Positions 24,974-31,242 of a stretch of 55,040 bases of DNA are shown one piece after another. The notes below the pieces were generated by a model. That model saw nothing but the letters and a program-made list of their open reading frames with translations, was not told the DNA's origin and did no database searches. The stretch lies in contig JBAYJE010000005.1 of the NCBI GenBank assembly GCA_041665265.1, positions 1 to 55,040 on the forward strand. Reading direction: 5' to 3'. Every line of letters starts with the position of its first letter. The first letter of the stretch is position 1. The position numbers and the translations under genes were made by a program. This DNA is from Minisyncoccota bacterium (lineage in GTDB: Bacteria; Patescibacteriota; Minisyncoccia; UBA6257; GWB1-50-10).

Positions 24974-26368
24974 ATGAGAACACTTACACGAGATGTCGGT
25001 ATGCATGTTGATAAAGAAATAACGCTTCGAGGATGGGTGGATACACGCCGCGATCATGGGAAGCTTATTTTTATCGATTTTCGTGATTGGACTGGACTTG
25101 CACAGGTAGTTTTTCTTCCGAATAATAAGGAACTTCATGAAAAAGCGAGCGTCTTACGCTCCGAATGGGTCATCGAGCTTAAAGGGAAAGTACAAAAACG
25201 TCCTCCGGGATTAGTAAACGAAAAGATGGCCTCGGGTGCATATGAGTTGCTTGCAACTGACCTTATAATTCTTTCTGAAGCAAAAACACCACCATTTGAT
25301 ATTGGTACTGACGGGCTTGCTATAGGTGAGGAATCACGTATGAAATATCGTTACCTCGATTTGAGACGTGCACGCATGCAGAAGAATTTACGTAATCGTG
25401 CAAAGGTTTTTCAGCATATTCGTACGTTTCTTGCATCAAAAGATTTTGTGGAAATAGAGACTCCTGTGCTTTCCAAATCAACACCAGAAGGAGCGCGCGA
25501 TTATTTGGTACCTTCTCGTATCCATGAGGGTAAGTTTTATGCACTCCCACAGTCACCTCAGCAATACAAACAATTATTCATGGTGGCAGGTATGGATAGG
25601 TATTTTCAGCTTGCACGCTGTTTCCGCGATGAAGATACACGCGGCGATCGTCAACCTGAATTTACTCAACTCGATCTAGAGATGAGTTTTGTGGCACGTG
25701 AGGACGTGATGGCGGTGAACGAGGAGTTACTTATTAAAATTGTCACTGAACTTTATCCCGAGAAGAAAATTCAGGAAATTCCTTTTCCGCGCATTACGTA
25801 TAAAGACGCACTTGAAAAGTATGGTACTGATAGACCTGATATGCGCAAAGACAAAAATGACCCGAATCTTCTTTCATTTTGCTGGGTAATAGATTTTCCA
25901 TTTTTTGAAAAGACAGAAACAGGGTGGACATTCACTCACAATCCTTTTTCAGCGCCTAAACCAGAGTTTATGGCGGATCTCCTTGCAAAGAAAAATGTGG
26001 GCGAAATACTTACCACACAATATGATATTGCATTGAATGGATGGGAGATTGGTGGGGGAAGTGTTCGCAATCATCGTTCAGAGGCATTGAAAGCGGTGTT
26101 TAGTATTATGGGATTTGAGGACGAACGTATCTATAAAAATTTTGGTCATATGCTTGAAGCGTTCGATTTCGGAGCGCCTCCTCATGGTGGTATTGCGTGG
26201 GGTATGGATCGCTTGATGATGATATTAGAGCAGGAGGCGAACATTCGTGAAGTCATTGCATTTCCGAAGACGGGAGATGGAAGCGATCTTATGATGGATG
26301 CACCATCTGATGTAGCGCCAGAACAACTTCGAGAATTACACATAACGATTAAAGAAAAAAAGAAATAA
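24974..26368 (+). CDS. aspS: aspartate--tRNA ligase, bacterial type without the GAD insertion
   Basis: OB-fold LRGWVDTRRDHGKLIFIDFRD, class II motifs FRDEDTRGDRQPEFTQLD and GGGSVRNH, GIAWGMDR. DRPDMRKDKNDPNLLSFCWVIDFP joins directly where the GAD domain normally sits. Confidence 0.9.
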   Translation: MRTLTRDVGMHVDKEITLRGWVDTRRDHGKLIFIDFRDWTGLAQVVFLPNNKELHEKASVLRSEWVIELKGKVQKRPPGLVNEKMASGAYELLATDLIILSEAKTPPFDIGTDGLAIGEESRMKYRYLDLRRARMQKNLRNRAKVFQHIRTFLASKDFVEIETPVLSKSTPEGARDYLVPSRIHEGKFYALPQSPQQYKQLFMVAGMDRYFQLARCFRDEDTRGDRQPEFTQLDLEMSFVAREDVMAVNEELLIKIVTELYPEKKIQEIPFPRITYKDALEKYGTDRPDMRKDKNDPNLLSFCWVIDFPFFEKTETGWTFTHNPFSAPKPEFMADLLAKKNVGEILTTQYDIALNGWEIGGGSVRNHRSEALKAVFSIMGFEDERIYKNFGHMLEAFDFGAPPHGGIAWGMDRLMMILEQEANIREVIAFPKTGDGSDLMMDAPSDVAPEQLRELHITIKEKKK

Positions 26369-26369
26369 T

Positions 26370-26981
26370 ATGGCACATCAAAAAGAAGAAAAAACATTTG
26401 TAATCGTAAAACCTGATGGCATCCAGCGTTCACTTATTGGAGAAATTATTCAACGCTTAGAGAGGACGGGCTTGAAATTTGTGGCGTTTAAATTTTTAGT
26501 TCCTTCACGCGAAGTATGTCTTGCACATTACAACAAAGATGATGCATGGTTTGAAAAAGTTGGTGCACGTATTGCAAATGAGAGAAAAGAGAAAGGATTT
26601 TCTGTTGAGAAATCAGTTATTGATTATGGTAAAGATATCCTTGAGGGTAATGTGACCTTTTTGACTTCTGGTCCCGTGCTCGCGATGGTGCTCGAAGGTA
26701 ATCAGGCGGTAGGTATTGTTAAAAAAATTGTAGGAGGTACAGAACCTCTTACTTCTGATGTGGGTACTATTCGAAGTGACTTTACTATTGATTCATACGC
26801 AATGGCGGGACTTGATAGCCGATGTGTAAGGAACCTTGTGCATTGTTCTGATGTGCCAGCTGAGGCAGAGAGAGAAATTAAACTTTGGTTTCGTGATGAT
26901 GAAATTCTTAAGTACCATCACATTAACGAGGCCATTCTCTATGAGAAAGACTTAAGTCATATTTTAGGGAAAGAAGAGTAG
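26370..26981 (+). CDS. ndk: nucleoside-diphosphate kinase, long form
   Basis: TFVIVKPDGIQRSLIGEIIQRLERTGLKFVAFKF, GTIRSDF, NLVHCSD (catalytic His context). About 50 aa longer than typical Ndk. Confidence 0.8.
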   Translation: MAHQKEEKTFVIVKPDGIQRSLIGEIIQRLERTGLKFVAFKFLVPSREVCLAHYNKDDAWFEKVGARIANERKEKGFSVEKSVIDYGKDILEGNVTFLTSGPVLAMVLEGNQAVGIVKKIVGGTEPLTSDVGTIRSDFTIDSYAMAGLDSRCVRNLVHCSDVPAEAEREIKLWFRDDEILKYHHINEAILYEKDLSHILGKEE

Positions 26982-26985
26982 AGTT

Positions 26986-27013
26986 AAAAAACCCACATAC
27001 GATGTGGGTTTTT
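26986..27013 (+). terminator. intrinsic terminator
   Basis: 9-bp stem AACCCACAT/ATGTGGGTT followed by TTT. Confidence 0.8.
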
Positions 27014-27071
27014 GGTATAACTTATCCACTTTGTTGAAAGAAACTATATGTGGAGAGTGCTATACTATAGG

Positions 27072-27215
27072 TAGATCCTGCTTTCTAGATTTCGGCTCGA
27101 ATTACTTACCAAGGGATTCCATATTGTATTGCATTGCTGGTTCGTCCGGAACTGCAACACAGAGGAAACCCACCTGACTTTCAGCCGGGATAATTCTTTA
27201 GAGCGGGATCTTTTA
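27072..27215 (+). ncRNA. candidate structured small RNA (rod-like, ~145 nt; 6S-like shape), identity unknown
   Basis: Extended -10 TGcTATACT at 27058-27066. The 5' end 27074-27084 pairs with 27200-27210 (11 bp including G-U). Inner helices are 27090-97/27183-90, 27113-20/27164-71 and 27125-33/27153-61. There is a 15x11-nt internal bubble and a U-rich 3' end. Confidence 0.4.
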
Positions 27216-27300
27216 GTTTTCAGATTAAAAATCTCACCATAATTTATAGCATACAGTCAAGTTTGACATTATCGGGGGGCACGGCCAGAATGGGGATGCT

Positions 27301-28302
27301 ATGGAACCGAAGAATCTCATAAAACCAGCAAAATTGAAATCTGGCGATGTTGTTGGGGTTATTTCTCCTTCAACGCCTGTATTTTCGAAGAAAAACCTTG
27401 CGAGTGGAATGAAAACACTCGAATCCTTCGGTTTTAAACCAAAACTTGGTCCTAAGGCACTTGAGGTACGAGGCGGTTATCTTGCGGGCACACGAGAAGA
27501 TAGGCTTCAGGATTTGCATACTATGTTTTTGGATGATGAGGTAAAAGCTATTTTTTGCACGGGAGGAGGTTATTCTGCAATACAACTTTTGCCAGACCTT
27601 GATTGGGAAGCGATTCAAAAAAATCCTAAAATTTTTGTTGGTTATTCTGATGTAAGTATTCTTTTAAATGCAATTACTGAAAAAACTGGACTCGTTACTT
27701 TTCATGGACCGACAGTAGAAGCAGGACTTGCATCTGATGTTGGTGGAAGCATGAGCAAAGGAAAGAAATTCACGTTGAATAGTTTTAAATCAACCCTTAT
27801 GAAGGGAGAGACCGGAAAATTAAAAGAATATACAGAATGGAAAGTTTTAAAACCAGGACGTGCCGAAGGACAACTTTTGGGTGGTAATTTGGATGTGGTC
27901 GCGAGTCTTATAGGAACACCGTACGAACCAAGATGGGATGGGAAAATCCTTTTTTGGGAAGAAGTGGGTGCAACCATCGAAACCATTGATAATATGTTAT
28001 GGCGTCTCCGGATTGCAAAAGTATTTAAAAAAATAGAGGGTATGGTTGTTGGGAAGATAACAAATCTTGAATCAATCGAAGATGATGGAGAGCCATGGAC
28101 GAGTATGGACAGAGCGCTCACTATTGAGGACGTTATTTTAAAAGCGACAGAGGGATTTAATTTTCCAATTATTTATGGTGTAGATTTCGGTCATGATGTG
28201 CCGAATATGACACTGCCTATTGGAGGACAGGCGAGACTTGAGTGTCCTGCAACTGGAAGGATTGGAAAGATATCAATTTTAGAAAAATACCTCGCTGATT
28301 AG
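27301..28302 (+). CDS. LD-carboxypeptidase (peptidase S66, LdcA/MccF-like)
   Basis: FCTGGGYSAIQLL, nucleophile motif FVGYSDVS, and C-terminal GVDFGHDVPNMTLPIG. Confidence 0.8.
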   Translation: MEPKNLIKPAKLKSGDVVGVISPSTPVFSKKNLASGMKTLESFGFKPKLGPKALEVRGGYLAGTREDRLQDLHTMFLDDEVKAIFCTGGGYSAIQLLPDLDWEAIQKNPKIFVGYSDVSILLNAITEKTGLVTFHGPTVEAGLASDVGGSMSKGKKFTLNSFKSTLMKGETGKLKEYTEWKVLKPGRAEGQLLGGNLDVVASLIGTPYEPRWDGKILFWEEVGATIETIDNMLWRLRIAKVFKKIEGMVVGKITNLESIEDDGEPWTSMDRALTIEDVILKATEGFNFPIIYGVDFGHDVPNMTLPIGGQARLECPATGRIGKISILEKYLAD

Positions 28303-28316
28303 TGAGGTATTTTTTT
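28288..28316 (+). terminator. intrinsic terminator overlapping the stop codon
   Basis: Stem TACCTCGC/GTGAGGTA followed by T7. Confidence 0.75.
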
Positions 28317-28331
28317 GCTTTCTTAGGAACT

Positions 28332-28448
28332 GCGGGTTGCATAGGATGCGACACTGCTGTTTTCTAAGCTCATTCGCATTCACTAAGAAAACAGGGAGCC
28401 CGCGGTTCGATTCCTCATCCCGACAAAAATACCCTTACGGGTATTTTT
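28332..28448 (+). other. tRNA-like / degenerate tRNA remnant region followed by a terminator hairpin
   Basis: 7-bp acceptor-like stem GCGGGTT (28332-38) / AGCCCGC (28397-403) enclosing a GCAT-AGG-ATGC hairpin and a 9+2-bp hairpin (28357-28394). Then a GGTTCGATTCC T-loop-like box without a matching T-stem, then ATACCC-TTAC-GGGTAT plus TTTT. Confidence 0.3.
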
Positions 28449-28493
28449 CTAGTCTTGCACACAAACACTACTGTGTACTGCCGGGAAGCGAAC

Positions 28494-28568
28494 AAATTTT
28501 GCGAATGCAAAATTTTTGAAACCCATCGGTTTCAATTCTTCCGCTACGGGAAAACTTCCGTTTTCCCG
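28494..28568. repeat. three consecutive perfect palindromes/hairpins with 4-nt centres
   Basis: AAATTTTGC-GAAT-GCAAAATTT (28494-28515), TTGAAACC-CATC-GGTTTCAA (28516-28535) and CGGGAAAAC-TTCC-GTTTTCCCG (28547-28568). Confidence 0.85.
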
Positions 28569-28576
28569 ACCCCTTT

Positions 28577-28660
28577 CCCGTTCAATTCCCAGCAGCCCTA
28601 AAACAAAAAGCCTCTCAAAGGCCTTTTGTTTTTTAGTCGGGCTGCCGGGAATTGAACCCG
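28577..28660. repeat. imperfect ~84-bp palindrome: inverted copy of the tRNA-Pro 3' half plus flank
   Basis: The left arm CCCGTTCAATTCCCAGCAGCCC (28577-28598) is the near reverse complement of GGGCTGCCGGGAATTGAACCCG (28639-28660). The spacer is itself palindromic. Confidence 0.8.
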
Positions 28661-28707
28661 GTCTACATGCACCCCATGCATGCGTACTACCGGTATACTA
28701 CAGCCCG
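28637..28707 (-). tRNA. tRNA-Pro (anticodon GGG)
   Basis: Manual cloverleaf: acceptor CGGGCTG/CAGCCCG, D stem GTAT/GTAC, anticodon stem CATGC/GCATG with loop AT-GGG-GT, T arm CCGGG-TTCAATT-CCCGG, discriminator A. No encoded CCA. Confidence 0.85.
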
Positions 28708-28815
28708 TAGTGAACTCTGTCTGTTGGGATGCAAGCGTCTGCGCTTACAGCCTGTAGTGAGGAGCAAAATAATTTCTCACTGACTTAGTATACATACATA
28801 TATTTTCTTGTGAAA

Positions 28816-28845
28816 TAAAAAATCCCGCATTAAGCGGGGTTTTTC
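28816..28845 (-). terminator. intrinsic terminator downstream of rpmB
   Basis: CCCGC-ATTAA-GCGGG flanked by A7/T5 runs. Confidence 0.7.
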
Positions 28846-28846
28846 T

Positions 28847-29035
28847 TTATTTTACTTTACTTAAGGTTCTTAGACACTTGGTGCAAACTTTGGATCGTTT
28901 TCCTAATGTTAAAAGGCTAGTCCATTGAAGGTTAGCTCTTTTTTTATTCCATCCCGTTGGATTATATTTACCGCGGAGTAACTGTCTTGTTCCTCCCATT
29001 TTGCCGGTTTTTACACATCGTTCACATGCTCGCAT
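28847..29035 (-). CDS. rpmB: 50S ribosomal protein L28 (short, Cys-containing form)
   Basis: 62 aa. MRACERCVKTGKMGGT...RGKYNPTGWNKKRANLQW...KVCTKCLRT fits my recollection of the L28 pattern (CxxC...NLQ...CxxC). Confidence 0.6.
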   Translation of the reverse strand: MRACERCVKTGKMGGTRQLLRGKYNPTGWNKKRANLQWTSLLTLGKRSKVCTKCLRTLSKVK

Positions 29036-29044
29036 AGTTTTTGT

Positions 29045-29073
29045 ATTCTAAAGGGTAATAGAACACTCGTCAA
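29045..29073 (-). promoter_or_regulatory. sigma70-type promoter 9 nt upstream of the rpmB ATG
   Basis: The minus strand reads TTGACG-17 nt-TAGAAT. Confidence 0.55.
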
Positions 29074-29111
29074 CTCCAAAAGAGGGGAAAACAAGCGGTT
29101 GTAAGAATATA

Positions 29112-29140
29112 TTGACTTATTAATGATTTTATCGTAGTAT
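29112..29140 (+). promoter_or_regulatory. sigma70-type promoter
   Basis: TTGACT-17 nt-TAGTAT. Confidence 0.5.
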
Positions 29141-29212
29141 TTTTCTCGTGTAATATATACACATGCTCTTTCACATTAATTTATATAACCAATCACTTTT
29201 TGGAGGTTTGTT

Positions 29213-30574
29213 ATGAAGTTCTTTGTACGTTTATGTATCATCGTATGTGCATTTTTTATGCTTCCATTTTCGGCGTTCTCTCAAACAGAACCCCCAAGGG
29301 AAACGTGTTCTTCAATGATTTGGCCTCATGCGGATTATCGTATGTGGGTGAATCGGGAGTATGTAATCCCGGGATCATTTATCCAAGTTCCTATGATGTT
29401 CGGTCTTCCGCCATCTGACACCGTACTCGTTGCAGACGCATCGGCTGTATTCAATCGATGGATTATGCCGCAATGGGGATGGTGGTTCAATCAGTGGAAT
29501 TTCTGTCCGTCTTCGGTCAGTTCGCAGCCTGATTTTAAATCAGATCGATTTAGAGTAATCGTTGTGGGATATCCTCACATCGGCGCAGGTGAAGTCGAAG
29601 TCGGTTCATTTATGGCACAAGTGGACAGGGATGCTATTCCTGGTGACACTATCGTCATTGAGCATCTGTTTGCAATTAACGACAGAGAAGTTGAACGACA
29701 TAAAGCAGAATTATATGTTCATCCTCGCGTAGTTTATGCGGATTTGAACGGAGATTCACTTGTGACAGGAATGGATGCTGCACTTATCTACCGCTTTCTT
29801 GTGGAAAATGGTGCGACTATCACTGTAAAGCAATTACTTACTTCGGATCTTGATGGTAATTACAAAATTGGATGGTACGATTTATATCTCTGTCTCTCGT
29901 ATATTTTGGGGCAGCGTTCGGGATTTCCCGTCGAGGGATATAATACAGAAGGAAAAGGAATGGTTACGGAAAAAGTTCCTCTTATTATGGTTCCATTTGG
30001 CAGCGCTACCGCAATCTCTTTTGGGACTAACGAGATAACGAACGGAGAACTCGAGTTTAGGATACCGCAAGGAGCGACCCTTGAACCTACGAGCGCGTTC
30101 TCAGGATCTCTTTCTGATATTGCATATGGATCGAATGGTGTTGTGAAAGTACGGTTTGCAAAAGGTGTTTCTATGACCGGTGCGCTTTTTACCATACGCA
30201 ATGCATCACCTGAACAGATTGCGGTATGTGGGAAGGTCAATCGAGGAAATCTAATTGATCCGATCATAGAGCGCGCAACAGGAGTGGAAGGAAAGACAAT
30301 CATTCCGCACATTTTTTCACTTGAGCAGAACTATCCGAACCCGTTTAATCCGACAACAGTGATTGCATTCTCTGTTCCTTATGCGTCGCGCGTGACCCTA
30401 AAGGTATACAACCTTCTTGGTCAGGAAGTCGCAACGCTTATGGAAGGAAGTGAACAATCCGCAGGCATGCATTCTGTTCCATTCGATGCTTCGCATCTCG
30501 CATCTGGTGTCTATCTTTATAAGATGAACGCAGGGGAGTTTGTTATGACGCGGCGAATGGTTCTTCAGAAATAG
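29213..30574 (+). CDS. secreted protein with dockerin-like repeats and a T9SS (Por) type A C-terminal sorting domain
   Basis: Signal peptide ...LPFSAFS/Q. DLNGDSLVTGMDAALIYRFL and DLDGNYKIGWYDLYLCLSYIL. C-terminus EQNYPNPFNPTTVIAFSVPYASRVTLKVYNLLGQEVATL...SGVYLYKMNAGEFVMTRRMVLQK. GGAGG SD. Confidence 0.8.
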   Translation: MKFFVRLCIIVCAFFMLPFSAFSQTEPPRETCSSMIWPHADYRMWVNREYVIPGSFIQVPMMFGLPPSDTVLVADASAVFNRWIMPQWGWWFNQWNFCPSSVSSQPDFKSDRFRVIVVGYPHIGAGEVEVGSFMAQVDRDAIPGDTIVIEHLFAINDREVERHKAELYVHPRVVYADLNGDSLVTGMDAALIYRFLVENGATITVKQLLTSDLDGNYKIGWYDLYLCLSYILGQRSGFPVEGYNTEGKGMVTEKVPLIMVPFGSATAISFGTNEITNGELEFRIPQGATLEPTSAFSGSLSDIAYGSNGVVKVRFAKGVSMTGALFTIRNASPEQIAVCGKVNRGNLIDPIIERATGVEGKTIIPHIFSLEQNYPNPFNPTTVIAFSVPYASRVTLKVYNLLGQEVATLMEGSEQSAGMHSVPFDASHLASGVYLYKMNAGEFVMTRRMVLQK

Positions 30575-30585
30575 ATTTATTTTTT

Positions 30586-30615
30586 ATCCCCTCAGCAATG
30601 AGGGGATTTTATTTT
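30586..30615 (+). terminator. intrinsic terminator
   Basis: 9-bp stem ATCCCCTCA/TGAGGGGAT followed by TTTTATTTT. Confidence 0.8.
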
Positions 30616-30693
30616 GACAAAAACATCAAAAAGTTGTTTACTGGAGTCAGTAATATTCACAATTATTTAATCATCTTTTGATTGGAGGCAGTT

Positions 30694-31242
30694 ATGAAGT
30701 GTAATAGTACGCGTTTCAGTATTGTCGGTATTTTTTTATCACTTCTCATTACGGGATATATTATTCCATTTTTCTCTTCACGTGAGACACGACCAACATT
30801 GGAAGAGGGTATTGTGCGCGTGCAGATATTTTACAACGAACAATGTGATTTGAGAGGGGAGATAAATGAAAATTACACGAAAGTGAAAGAAAGAATGAGT
30901 AGATATGAACGGAAAATAGTTGATAGTCTCTTTTTGGAAAATCGTCAGATGCTTGATAGCAGTGCACTGATGATTGCTGGTGCCTTTCCCGACTCCTTGG
31001 ACTTCGATGTTCGAAAGAATCTATTGTTGAGTGCAATGAGAGAGATGAAACAGGCACTCAGACCTCTTGTTCGCATATGCACAATTCTCGCACCTTATTT
31101 AGGTGAAGATGAAAGTGAAGAAGTAAAACAGCTAGTGTTGAATAATAAAAAAGCGACTCATTACGAGTCGCTTTTATTTTTTATCCAATCACTGTTTCTT
31201 TATATATTTTCTTCCCAAAATCGAACTCATAAAATTTCATAG
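30694..31242 (+). CDS. membrane-anchored hypothetical protein
   Basis: GGAGG SD and an N-terminal TM helix. The last ~30 codons read through a bidirectional terminator and overlap the convergent gene. Confidence 0.45.
   Translation: MKCNSTRFSIVGIFLSLLITGYIIPFFSSRETRPTLEEGIVRVQIFYNEQCDLRGEINENYTKVKERMSRYERKIVDSLFLENRQMLDSSALMIAGAFPDSLDFDVRKNLLLSAMREMKQALRPLVRICTILAPYLGEDESEEVKQLVLNNKKATHYESLLFFIQSLFLYIFSSQNRTHKIS
31146..31181. terminator. bidirectional intrinsic terminator
   Basis: 9-bp stem AAGCGACTC/GAGTCGCTT flanked by A and T runs. Confidence 0.7.

Noticed and set aside
27021-27029. DnaA-box-like TTATCCACT, which could hint at a replication origin.
   Set aside because: It is a single 8/9 match with no cluster of boxes, no AT-rich unwinding element pattern, and no dnaA or dnaN nearby.
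27072-27215. SRP (4.5S) RNA as the identity of the rod-like RNA candidate.
   Set aside because: I could not find the universally conserved helix-8 features (GNAR tetraloop closed by C-G, the AGCA/GGAA symmetric loop) on either strand. The apex is GTTC-GTCCG-GAAC.
28303-28636. RNase P RNA or tmRNA in the 330-nt non-coding stretch.
   Set aside because: For RNase P RNA, there is no GAAAGUCCGG P4 strand. For tmRNA, there is no 5' GGGG acceptor with a matching 3' CCA-proximal strand, no properly paired T-arm, and no Ala-resume tag reading frame.
28337-28710. ORF-track ORFs 28337-28519(+) and 28516-28710(+).
   Set aside because: They run across terminator hairpins, three perfect palindromes and the tRNA-Pro gene itself. 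They have no SD or promoter context, so the region is better explained as non-coding.
29200-29418. 72-aa ORF overlapping the start of the T9SS-CTD gene in another frame.
   Set aside because: It starts at TTG inside the SD region of the real gene and has no signal of its own. The overlapping frame has a clear signal peptide and conserved domains.
29213-30574. Compositional (GC) anomaly as evidence that the T9SS-CTD gene is foreign.
   Set aside because: Hand counts gave 44% GC for 29461-29580 and 46% for fusA 33661-33780, so there is no detectable difference. The horizontal-transfer argument rests on domain content only.
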